Shown here: positions 28,095 to 37,188 of the stretch, piece after piece | How positions within the stretch are numbered: position 1 is the first letter of the stretch | How the letters are laid out: each line of letters begins with the position of its first letter | Source: Pontiella sp. | GTDB taxonomy: Bacteria > Verrucomicrobiota > Kiritimatiellia > Kiritimatiellales > Pontiellaceae | Assembly (NCBI GenBank): GCA_050290185.1 | Contig: JBNKHE010000010.1 | Location: 32,001-96,000 of the forward strand | Reading direction: 5' to 3' | Length of the DNA stretch: 64,000 nucleotides | Translations under genes and position numbers: made by a program | Notes under the pieces: generated by a model | The model's input: the letters and a program-made list of their open reading frames with translations, nothing else | Database searches by the model: none | What the model was told of the DNA's origin: nothing

Positions 28095-31000
28095 ATGAAG
28101 ATAAAAATTAATTCGTGGGCCGTCGTTGCCGCATCGGGTTTTTTGGCCATGGGGGCTGGCGCCGCCGGCAAGACGACGATCGAGATTGATCTGCAAAAGG
28201 GCAAGGCCATCAGCCCCGATCTCGTCGGCATCTTTTACGAGGATCTCAGCCATGCCGCCGACGGCGGACTCTATGCCGAGCTCGTCCAGAACCGCGACTT
28301 TGAATACTCCGCTGCCGATAAACCCGAATGGAACGCGCTGACTACCTGGGAACTCGTCGAACGCGACGGGGGCCGGGGCTCGCTCGACGCGGAATCGGCC
28401 TCGCCGCTCAATGCCAACACGCCGAACTACGCCGTGCTCGCCATCGATTCGTCCTCTGGCCAGGTCGGTCTCAGGAACGAAGGTTTCGACGGCATTCCCG
28501 TCAAGGCCGGCGAACACTACGACTTTTCGGTCTTCGCCCGGCGTATTTCCGGAAACCTCGGCCCGATCACGGTTCGCATCGAAAGCAAGGCGGGCGACCT
28601 CCTCGGCGAAGCCGTCCTGCCTAAGCCGAATGGATCGTGGAAGAAGTACACCGCGAGCATCGACGTCAAGACCACTGATGACGACGCCCGCCTTATCGTC
28701 TTGAGTTCCGGGCGTGGAAAACTTGCCCTCGACTTCATTTCCCTCTTCCCGGGAAAAACCTTCCACAACCGGCCCAACGGCCTCCGCGCCGATCTCGCCC
28801 AGGTCATTGCCGACCTCAAGCCGAAGTTCATGCGCTTCCCCGGCGGCTGCCTTGTTCACGGCGACGGCATCGACAACATCTATCATTGGAAAGACACGAT
28901 CGGTCCCGTCGAGCAGCGCAAAGGCCAGCCCAACATCTGGCGCTATCACCAGACCGTCGGCCTCGGCTACTTCGAGTATTTCCAGTTCTGCGAGGACATC
29001 GGTGCCAAGCCCGTCCCCGTCGTTGCCGCAGGCGTGTGCTGCCAGAACTCCAACTTTCTCGTCACCCGTAAATACGGCGTCGGCCAGGAAGGCATCCCGA
29101 TGGATGAGATGCCCGCCTACGTGCAGGACGTGCTCGACCTCATCGAATACGCCAACGGCCCCGTCGACTCCGAATGGGGTTCCAAGCGTGCCGCGGCAGG
29201 CCACCCCGAGCCCTTCGGCCTGGAATACCTCGGCGTCGGCAACGAAGACCACATCACCCCGGTCTTCAAAGAACGCTTTGAGATGATCTACAACGCCGTG
29301 AAGGCGAAGCATCCCGAAATCACCGTCATTGGCACCGTCGGCCCCAATACCGATGGCTGGGACTATGATGAGGGCTGGAAAATCGCCAACGAACTCAACC
29401 TGCCCATGGTCGACGAGCACGGCTACAAGTCGCCGCAGTGGCTCTGGGAAAACATCGAGCGCTACGACGCCTACGACCGCAGTAAGTCCAAGGTCTACCT
29501 CGGCGAATGGGCCGCCTTCGACGCTGGCCGCCGCAGCACCCTGCGCGCCGCGATTGCCGAGGCCGCCTATCTCACCGGGCTCGAACGCAACGCCGACATC
29601 GTGCACTTCGCCTCCTACGCTCCGATGCTCGCCAAACGCGACAATACCCACTGGAGTCCCGATCTCATCTACTTCAGCAACACCGAGGTGTTCCCGACCA
29701 TCAGCTACCATGTGCAGCAGTTGTTCAGTGTGAACAACGGCGACACCTATTGCTCGACAACCGTCACGCCGCCGACTGATGCCAACGGCCGGCGTACACT
29801 TGTTCTGGGTACTTGGAACACCCAGGCCGAGTTCGACGACATCCGCCTTACCCGTGGATCGAAAACCCTGCTCACCGAAAGCTTCAGCTCCGGCACCTCG
29901 GATTGGAAGGCCGCCTCCGGCGAGTGGCAACGCAGGGGAGGGCGCTACACCCAGGGGTCGTCGCACCAACCCGCGGTCAGCCGCCTCGAAGTTCCGCTCG
30001 ACGGTTCCGTCTACACGCTCACTCTCAAGGCCCGCAAAACCGGCGGCGCCGAAGGCCTACTCGTCGGCGTCGGCACAACCCCCGACAACTATTACTGGTG
30101 GAACCTCGGAGGCTGGGGCAACTCCCGGCACGGCGTCGAACGGAGCGTCTCCGGTGCCCGCAGTCTCGTCGGAGGAAACGTCCCCGGTCACATCGAGTCC
30201 AACCGCTGGTATGACATTAAGATCGAGTCCGATGGACAGCGCGTCCGCTTCTATCTCGACGGCGAGCTGATTCACGACATCCCCGGGACGCTGGAGTCCA
30301 CGCCCAAGACCTTTGTCGCCTCCTGCGTGAAGGATTCGGTCAGCGGCGACATCATCGTCAAGCTCGTTAACGGCGCCAACACCTACACGCCCGTCCGCGT
30401 TAAGCTTGCCGGCGTGAAAGGACTACCCGCCACCGCCGAGGCCACCGTCCTCGCCGGCGCCAATCCAGAGATGGCCAACGATTATGACAACCCCGACAGC
30501 GTGCTTCCCCATACCGTGTCGCTACCCATCGCGACGGCCTTCAATTACGAAGCCCCGCCCAACTCGCTCACCGTCATCCGCATCGCCCCCGGCAAGGGCC
30601 CGGACGTTTCGGTCCGCGCGGAAAATGACCCGCTGCAGTGGATGAATCCCATCGTGCTGAACCGCGCCGATCCGCACGTCTATCTGCACACCGACGGCTA
30701 CTACTACATGACCGCGTCGCATCCGCAATACGACCGTGTCGAGCTGCGCCGCGCCCGCACCCTCGGCGGCCTTTCCACCGCCGAGCCCAAGGTCATCTGG
30801 CGCAAGAATGAAAGCGGCCCCATGAGCAAGCACTTCTGGGCTCCGGAAATCCATTTCCTCGATGGAAAGTGGTATGCCTACTTCACCGCCGCCCGCATGG
30901 AATCGCAGTGGGACCTGCGCCTGTACGTCCTCGAAAACGACTCCGCCAACCCGCTGGAAGGCGAGTGGACCCTGAAGCCCCGCATCGTCCTGCCCACCGA

Positions 31001-31580
31001 TGTCCCATCGCTCGACGCAACTGTCTTTGAGAACCGCGGTGTGCGCTACCTCGTGTGGTCGCAGCGCCCGCCCGGAGCACCTGGCAGCGAGACCTTCATC
31101 GCGAAGATGGATACCCCCTGGTCGGTCATCGGCGACCAGATCTGCCTGAGCAGGGCGACGCTGCCGTGGGAGCTTCGCCAGCACCATGTCCAGGAAGGCC
31201 AGGCCGTGCTCATCCGCAACGGCCGCGTTTTCATGACCTATTCGACCAATTCCACCGACTACAAATACTGCATGGGCCTGCTCACCGCCGATGCCGACGC
31301 CGACCTGCTCGATCCGAAGTCTTGGACGAAGTCGCCCGAACCGGTCCTCGAAACCGATCAGGATGCCGGACAATGGGGCCCCGGCCACAACTGCTTCACC
31401 ACCACGCCGGATGGCAAGACCGACATTCTCGTGTACCATGCCCGCAACTACAAATACGACGGCAACGATCCGCTGAACACCGGCGACCGCGCCACCCGCG
31501 CCCAGATCGTCCGCTGGCGGTCCGATGGTACCCCCGACTTCGGTACGCCCGTTCCCAATGGGCTCTACGCCGCCCGTTGA
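28095..31580 (+). CDS. GH51 alpha-L-arabinofuranosidase with an inserted beta-sandwich, fused to a C-terminal GH43 (subfamily 26-like)
   Basis: GIFYEDLSHAADGGLYAELVQNR, RFPGGC, GVGNE, DEHGY, YLGEW, SYAP; then NRADP, WAPEIH, SLDAT, QEG, GPGHNCF. Confidence 0.9.
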   Translation: MKIKINSWAVVAASGFLAMGAGAAGKTTIEIDLQKGKAISPDLVGIFYEDLSHAADGGLYAELVQNRDFEYSAADKPEWNALTTWELVERDGGRGSLDAESASPLNANTPNYAVLAIDSSSGQVGLRNEGFDGIPVKAGEHYDFSVFARRISGNLGPITVRIESKAGDLLGEAVLPKPNGSWKKYTASIDVKTTDDDARLIVLSSGRGKLALDFISLFPGKTFHNRPNGLRADLAQVIADLKPKFMRFPGGCLVHGDGIDNIYHWKDTIGPVEQRKGQPNIWRYHQTVGLGYFEYFQFCEDIGAKPVPVVAAGVCCQNSNFLVTRKYGVGQEGIPMDEMPAYVQDVLDLIEYANGPVDSEWGSKRAAAGHPEPFGLEYLGVGNEDHITPVFKERFEMIYNAVKAKHPEITVIGTVGPNTDGWDYDEGWKIANELNLPMVDEHGYKSPQWLWENIERYDAYDRSKSKVYLGEWAAFDAGRRSTLRAAIAEAAYLTGLERNADIVHFASYAPMLAKRDNTHWSPDLIYFSNTEVFPTISYHVQQLFSVNNGDTYCSTTVTPPTDANGRRTLVLGTWNTQAEFDDIRLTRGSKTLLTESFSSGTSDWKAASGEWQRRGGRYTQGSSHQPAVSRLEVPLDGSVYTLTLKARKTGGAEGLLVGVGTTPDNYYWWNLGGWGNSRHGVERSVSGARSLVGGNVPGHIESNRWYDIKIESDGQRVRFYLDGELIHDIPGTLESTPKTFVASCVKDSVSGDIIVKLVNGANTYTPVRVKLAGVKGLPATAEATVLAGANPEMANDYDNPDSVLPHTVSLPIATAFNYEAPPNSLTVIRIAPGKGPDVSVRAENDPLQWMNPIVLNRADPHVYLHTDGYYYMTASHPQYDRVELRRARTLGGLSTAEPKVIWRKNESGPMSKHFWAPEIHFLDGKWYAYFTAARMESQWDLRLYVLENDSANPLEGEWTLKPRIVLPTDVPSLDATVFENRGVRYLVWSQRPPGAPGSETFIAKMDTPWSVIGDQICLSRATLPWELRQHHVQEGQAVLIRNGRVFMTYSTNSTDYKYCMGLLTADADADLLDPKSWTKSPEPVLETDQDAGQWGPGHNCFTTTPDGKTDILVYHARNYKYDGNDPLNTGDRATRAQIVRWRSDGTPDFGTPVPNGLYAAR

Positions 31581-31618
31581 TCCCTATATGCCCTTAAAGC
31601 CTGACTGGAACATAGCCC

Positions 31619-33067
31619 ATGCAACTAAAAAAAATCTTCCAAGCCTTCTTGATTCTCTCGGCCCTCTTGACCGGTTCGGTCTTCGCCGCTCCGTCTGCGT
31701 CCGAGCCGACGAGCGCGTATCTTTTTGTCCACTTCATCGGTGAGTCCGAAAAGGGTGAACAGATCTACTTTTCCGTGAGCGAGGACGGTTTTCACTGGAA
31801 AGACCTGAACGACTCCACGCCCGTCCTCTTCTCCACGCTCGGCGAAAAGGGCGTGCGCGATCCCTCGATCATCCGTTCGCACGACGGGAAAAAGTTCTAC
31901 ATCCTCGCCACCGATCTCCGTATCGCGAATGGCAAGGGCTGGGACGACGCCCGCTTCGGCAAAAAAACGTCGCTCGTCATCTGGGAATCCACCGACCTGG
32001 TCAACTGGTCCGAGCCCTGGCTTGCTGATGTCGCCGGCGCGATCCCTGAGAGCGGTTGCGCCTGGGCGCCCGAAGCCATCTATGACAACACCACCGGCGA
32101 CTACTTTGTCTACTGGACCACGATCTCGCCGCGCGACGGCCTGATGGCGGCGCGCATCTTCGGTGCGCACACGAAGGACTTTCGCTCCTTCACGCCGCCC
32201 GAGCTCTACATCGAGCGCCCGGGCAAAGCGCTTGGCCGGGGCGACATTATCGATACGCAGATCATTGAAGTGAAGGGGATGAAATATCGATTTTACCGCG
32301 TTTCTCGCGACGGTCAGATCACGCTCGAAGGCGGCGATACCCTCACGGGTGCTGACTGGGAGCGCATCGGCGATATCTCCTTCCTCGGCTATACCGCACG
32401 GCAGGTTGAAGGTCCGATTCTCTGCCAGTTCAACCAGGAACAGAAATGGGGTCTCTTCGTGGATCAATACGGCTCCGATGGCGGCTACCTCCCGCTCTTC
32501 TCCACCAACCTGGACGATCCCCGAGGTTTTCATGTGCCTCCGCGCGACGCTTATGACTTCGGTATCAGCAAAAAGCGACATGGAAGCATCTTGAAGATCA
32601 CGCGGAGCGAACTCGACGTACTTCGGGCCAAGTGGCCCAGCCATCCCGTCGTGAGCATCTCCCTCCTCGGTCAGCCGGAACAAAGCCTCCGTCACAGCCG
32701 CTTCAGGCTTCAACTCGATGAGGACGTTACCCCGGTCAACGACGGACGCTGGATTCTCGTCTCTGGACTCGATGGCGGCCGCGACACCATCTCCTTCCGC
32801 TCGGTCGACTTTCCGGACCGCTACCTCCACGCCGCAGCGAATGGAGTCGATGTCCTGCCCAGCGACGGCACGCCCGGTTTCGCCGCGCAGGTTAGCTTTG
32901 TCCGCGTGCCCGGCCTCGCCTCCGCCCAAGGCGTTTCTCTCCGCCTCGCTGCTTCGCCCAAGCTCTACCTCAAGGCCGGCTCCAGCGTAACCGTCGGGCC
33001 CGTCTCCTCCAGAACCGACCGTCAATCCGCGACCTTCGACCTCCGAGGCGTAGCCGGACAGGAATGA
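31619..33067 (+). CDS. GH43 with C-terminal AbfB/CBM42 domain
   Basis: GVRDPSIIRS, WAPEAIYD, IIDT, VEGP, KRHGS; C-terminal domain closely matches the AbfB-like module of 25480. Confidence 0.85.
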   Translation: MQLKKIFQAFLILSALLTGSVFAAPSASEPTSAYLFVHFIGESEKGEQIYFSVSEDGFHWKDLNDSTPVLFSTLGEKGVRDPSIIRSHDGKKFYILATDLRIANGKGWDDARFGKKTSLVIWESTDLVNWSEPWLADVAGAIPESGCAWAPEAIYDNTTGDYFVYWTTISPRDGLMAARIFGAHTKDFRSFTPPELYIERPGKALGRGDIIDTQIIEVKGMKYRFYRVSRDGQITLEGGDTLTGADWERIGDISFLGYTARQVEGPILCQFNQEQKWGLFVDQYGSDGGYLPLFSTNLDDPRGFHVPPRDAYDFGISKKRHGSILKITRSELDVLRAKWPSHPVVSISLLGQPEQSLRHSRFRLQLDEDVTPVNDGRWILVSGLDGGRDTISFRSVDFPDRYLHAAANGVDVLPSDGTPGFAAQVSFVRVPGLASAQGVSLRLAASPKLYLKAGSSVTVGPVSSRTDRQSATFDLRGVAGQE

Positions 33068-33104
33068 TTGGGTTGCGATGAAACAAAACAGCATGGAAAT
33101 AACA

Positions 33105-34109
33105 ATGAAAAATAGATCAGGAACCCAGATCTTATTGGCGGTGTTGGGCGGCTTTGCAGTCGCCTGCGCATCGCTCCCCTTTGCTGTCCATGCAGCCAAC
33201 CCGATCATCACCGATGTGTTTACCGCCGATCCGGCGCCGCTCGTCGTAGGGGATACGGTTTATCTGTATGCCGGCCAGGACGAGGCACCTGACGACCGGC
33301 ACCCGCACTATGTCTTGAATCGCTGGGTCTGTTTTTCCACAAAGGACATGAAGAACTGGAAATTTGAAGGCTCGCCGCTTAAGCCGACCGACTTTGCCTG
33401 GTCGTCAGGCGAAGCCTGGGCCTCCCAGGTCATTGAACGTAACGGCAAGTTCTATTTCTATGCCGCCCTCCAGCACGCCGCTCTTCGCAGCAAGGCCATC
33501 GGCGTCGCCGTTTCCGACTCGCCCACCGGCCCCTTTGTCGATGCCCGCGGCTCCGCTCTCATCGAAAACGACATGACCACGGCCACCCGGATTCGCTACG
33601 ACGATATTGATCCGACGGTCTGGATTGAGGACAATGGCCAGGCCTGGCTCTTCTGGGGCAACCAAAAGTGCTACTACGCCAAGCTCAAGGCCAACATGAC
33701 CGAGCTCGACGGCGAGATTCACGTCATCCCCGACGCGCAGGTGCCGAACTACACCGAGGCGCCGTGGATCCACAAGCATGGCAAGCTGTACTACCTCAGC
33801 TACGCGACTGGCTTCCCCGAGACAATTTCCTACTCTACCGCCACCAGCCTGACCGGTCCGTGGACGCCGCGCGGCCTCCTCTCCGAGGGCGCCTTCAACA
33901 GCAACACCATTCACCAAGGCATCATCACCTTCAAGGGTGTGGACTATTTCTTCTATCACACCGGTGGCATGCAGCATAACTCCAAGCTCGGTCCCGGCAG
34001 TAGCCACCGCCGCGCCACCTGTATCGATTACCTCCATTATAACTCCGACGGCACCCTTCGCCGCGTGATTCACACCTCTGAGGGCGTCGACGGTTCGGGG
34101 CGCAAATAA
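33105..34109 (+). CDS. GH43 xylosidase/arabinosidase (subfamily 29-like), paralog of 20603
   Basis: NPIITDVFTADPA, WASQV, IDPTVW, YTEAPW. Start may be 33078. Confidence 0.85.
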   Translation: MKNRSGTQILLAVLGGFAVACASLPFAVHAANPIITDVFTADPAPLVVGDTVYLYAGQDEAPDDRHPHYVLNRWVCFSTKDMKNWKFEGSPLKPTDFAWSSGEAWASQVIERNGKFYFYAALQHAALRSKAIGVAVSDSPTGPFVDARGSALIENDMTTATRIRYDDIDPTVWIEDNGQAWLFWGNQKCYYAKLKANMTELDGEIHVIPDAQVPNYTEAPWIHKHGKLYYLSYATGFPETISYSTATSLTGPWTPRGLLSEGAFNSNTIHQGIITFKGVDYFFYHTGGMQHNSKLGPGSSHRRATCIDYLHYNSDGTLRRVIHTSEGVDGSGRK

Positions 34110-34126
34110 TCTGAAAAAGGAAAGTC

Positions 34127-35251
34127 ATGAAGCTTGGAACATCCATTAAAACCATCATTTCAGCCCGCGTGCTGCGTGCAGTTGTTCTCACAACGGTATT
34201 GATCTCCGGCGCCATCGTTCAGGCAAAGTCTCCGATGAAACCGTCTGGACAGCCCGGCTCAAAACCGATGCGCGTACCGACCGAAAAGGACTTTTCGGCC
34301 TATCTCTTCGTGTTTCATCAGGATGCCGACCACAGCCTGCATATGGCGCTCAGTTCCGATGGGTACACTTTTACCGATGTGAACGATGGCCAGGCGGTGA
34401 TGAGCGGACGCGACCTTGCCGAGCAGAAGGGCATTCGCGATCCATACATTGCACGCGGACCCGACGGCGCGTTCTATCTCGGGATGACGGATCTGCATAT
34501 CTTTGCCCAACGTGAGGGGCTGCGCGATACCGAGTGGCAGCGTCCTGGCGAGCTGTATGACTGGGGCAACAATCAGGCTCTGGTCTTCATGAAGTCCTAC
34601 GATTTGGTCCACTGGACGCACACGATCTATCACGTTGGTGAGGAGTTCGAGGCGTTCAGCGATATCGGTTGCCTCTGGGCGCCGCAGATGATTCTAGATG
34701 AGACGAAGGGTAAGATGATGGTGTCGTTCACCACGCGCTTCGGAAAAGGGCGGAACAAGCTCTATTATGCCTATGCCGACGATGCCTTTACCTGTTTCGA
34801 AACCGAGCCAGAAGAGCTTTTTCAATATCCGCGCGATAAAAATATCATCGACAGCGACATCACGAAGGTCGGCGATCAGTATCATCTCTTCTATGTTGCG
34901 CACGACAACCCCGGCGGCATCCGGCATGCCGTCTCGGACCGGGTCAACGGCGGCTATGTTTTTGACGAAACAAAGGTCGATCCGGAACGGGTCGCCTGCG
35001 AGGCGCCCAGTGTGTGGAAGCGCATCGGGACCGACACCTACGTGCTGATGTACGACGTCTTCGGTATGCGTCCCCATAACTTCGGGTTCAGCGAAACCAC
35101 CGATTTTAAAACCTTCAAACCCATCGGGCACTTCAACGAAGGGGTCATGAAGACAACCAATTTCAGCTCGCCGAAACATGGGGCCATTATTCCCCTGACC
35201 AAGAAAGAGGCCGATCGGCTGGCGACGTATTGGGGGCTCAAGGACTACTGA
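34127..35251 (+). CDS. GH43-family glycoside hydrolase
   Basis: AYLFVF, GIRDPYI, LWAPQ, IIDSDI, CEAP, PKHGAI. Confidence 0.85.
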   Translation: MKLGTSIKTIISARVLRAVVLTTVLISGAIVQAKSPMKPSGQPGSKPMRVPTEKDFSAYLFVFHQDADHSLHMALSSDGYTFTDVNDGQAVMSGRDLAEQKGIRDPYIARGPDGAFYLGMTDLHIFAQREGLRDTEWQRPGELYDWGNNQALVFMKSYDLVHWTHTIYHVGEEFEAFSDIGCLWAPQMILDETKGKMMVSFTTRFGKGRNKLYYAYADDAFTCFETEPEELFQYPRDKNIIDSDITKVGDQYHLFYVAHDNPGGIRHAVSDRVNGGYVFDETKVDPERVACEAPSVWKRIGTDTYVLMYDVFGMRPHNFGFSETTDFKTFKPIGHFNEGVMKTTNFSSPKHGAIIPLTKKEADRLATYWGLKDY

Positions 35252-35270
35252 TACAAAGCAAAGGATACAT

Positions 35271-35377
35271 GTGATAAAACGAACCATAACGGCATCGCTC
35301 TGCATGCTGAATGCAACCGCGACGGCACCCTCCGCCACGTGATTCACACCTCCGAGAGTGTGGACGGACTGGAGTGA
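35271..35377 (+). pseudogene. Deletion scar: start of a signal peptide joined out of frame to a GH43 C-terminal tail
   Basis: AAGGA plus GTG at 35271 reads MIKRTITASLCML. 35315..35377 reads NRDGTLRHVIHTSESVDGLE*, against NSDGTLRRVIHTSEGVDGSGRK* at 34041..34109. Confidence 0.65.
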
Positions 35378-35414
35378 TTGGGATTAAATGAAGAAAGAGA
35401 ACAAGGAGAGAGCA

Positions 35415-37106
35415 ATGAATAATCTATCAGGAACACGGATTCTATTAGCGGTGTTGGGCGGCTTCGCAGCCGCTTGTCCAGTAGTGAATGCAGGTAGCAT
35501 TCCAATTACGGAGAAGCCCAATGTGATTGTGGACACCAAGGAGGAGCCGGTCATGAACGGAAAGTTTAAGCCGACCTGGAAATCGCTGCAGCAATACGAG
35601 GCTCCCGAATGGTTCCGCGACGCCAAGTTCGGCATCTGGGCCCACTGGGGGCCGCAGTGCGAGCCGTTGGCTGGCGACTGGTATGCCCGCCATATGTATA
35701 TCCAGGGCCGCCCCCAATACGGGGTCCAGCTTGAGAAATACGGCCACCCGTCGGAGTTTGGCTTCAAGGACGTGATCCACGCCTGGAAAGCCGACAAGTG
35801 GGATCCGGAACGCTTGGTGAAACTCTACAAGCGCGTCGGCGCCCACTATTTCTTCGCGATGGCGAACCACCACGACAATCTCGACATGTGGGACTCGAAA
35901 TACCAGCCGTGGAACTCGGTCGCGGTTGGGCCGAAGAAGGATATCATCGCCGGCTGGGCCAAGGCCGCCCGCGAAAACAAGTTGCCTTTCGGCGTTAGCG
36001 TACATGCGGCCCACGCCTGGTCCTGGTATGAAGTTTCTCAAGGCGCGGACAGGGATGGCGACAAGGCCGGCGTGCCCTACGACGGCAAGCTGACGAAGGC
36101 CGATGGCAAGGGCACATGGTGGGAGGGCCTCGATCCGCAGGATCTCTATGAGCAGCGCCACGAGCCGAGCCCCGGCTTTGAAAACATGGGAGCCATTCAC
36201 GGTCGCTGGAACTGGGGCGGCGGCGTCACCCAGCCCGACCAGGCCTACTGCGAAAAGTTCTACAACCGCACCGTGGATCTGATCAACAAATACCAGCCCG
36301 ACCTCATCTATTTCGACGATACCGCGCTACCGCTTTGGCCGGTGAGCGATGCGGGCCTGAAGATTGCCGCCCAATTTTATAATTCGAACCTGAAGAGAAC
36401 CCACGGTCGAAGCGAAGGCGTCATGTTTGGAAAAATCCTCACCGAGGATCAGAAAAAGGCCCTGGTGTGGGACGTCGAACGCGGCGTTCCGCCGGGTATT
36501 GTGTATCCGGCATGGCAAACCTGCACCTGCATCGGCGGTTGGCACTACAACAACTGGGAGTACGATCACAATCTCTACAAGAGCGCCCGAACGGTCGTCC
36601 ACATGCTTGCCGACATCGTGAGCAAGAACGGCAACCTGCTTCTCAACATTCCCGTGCGCGGCGACGGCTCGATCGACGAAAAGGAGGAAGCGATTCTAGA
36701 AGGCATTGCCGAATGGATGGATGTAAACAACGAAGCCATTTTTGCCACTCGCCCGTGGGAAACCTTCGGAGAAGGTCCGGCCAGCGAAGGTGCGGAACTC
36801 TCCGCGCAAGGCTTCAACGAAGGCAAGGGCAAGCCCTTCACGACCGAGGACATCCGCTACACCGTCAGCAAGGATGGCAAGACCCTCTATGCCATCGTCA
36901 TGGGTTGGCCAGAACAACCGGTATCCCTCAAGTCGCTCGGTACCGATGCCAAGCTGCTCAAACGTCGGGTGAAGAAGATCGAGCTGCTGGGCTCCCGATC
37001 GATCATCCGTTGGAAGCAGGGGGACGACGCATTGGTCATTGAAACCACGTCGTCCGCCCCCGACAGCGAAGCCAAGGCCGCCGCAGTCTTTAAAATCAGC
37101 TTGTAG
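35415..37106 (+). CDS. GH29 alpha-L-fucosidase
   Basis: PEWFRDAKFGIWAHWG, NHHD, YQPDLIYFD, WQTCT, DIVSKNGNLLLNI. ATG at 35415 after AAGGAG. Confidence 0.92.
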   Translation: MNNLSGTRILLAVLGGFAAACPVVNAGSIPITEKPNVIVDTKEEPVMNGKFKPTWKSLQQYEAPEWFRDAKFGIWAHWGPQCEPLAGDWYARHMYIQGRPQYGVQLEKYGHPSEFGFKDVIHAWKADKWDPERLVKLYKRVGAHYFFAMANHHDNLDMWDSKYQPWNSVAVGPKKDIIAGWAKAARENKLPFGVSVHAAHAWSWYEVSQGADRDGDKAGVPYDGKLTKADGKGTWWEGLDPQDLYEQRHEPSPGFENMGAIHGRWNWGGGVTQPDQAYCEKFYNRTVDLINKYQPDLIYFDDTALPLWPVSDAGLKIAAQFYNSNLKRTHGRSEGVMFGKILTEDQKKALVWDVERGVPPGIVYPAWQTCTCIGGWHYNNWEYDHNLYKSARTVVHMLADIVSKNGNLLLNIPVRGDGSIDEKEEAILEGIAEWMDVNNEAIFATRPWETFGEGPASEGAELSAQGFNEGKGKPFTTEDIRYTVSKDGKTLYAIVMGWPEQPVSLKSLGTDAKLLKRRVKKIELLGSRSIIRWKQGDDALVIETTSSAPDSEAKAAAVFKISL

Positions 37107-37188
37107 CCATAGAAACGCTACATTGGACCACGCCTGGTGCTTAGGTTCCTCGCGATAAATAACAGAGACGTTCATGGAGATTCATAAT

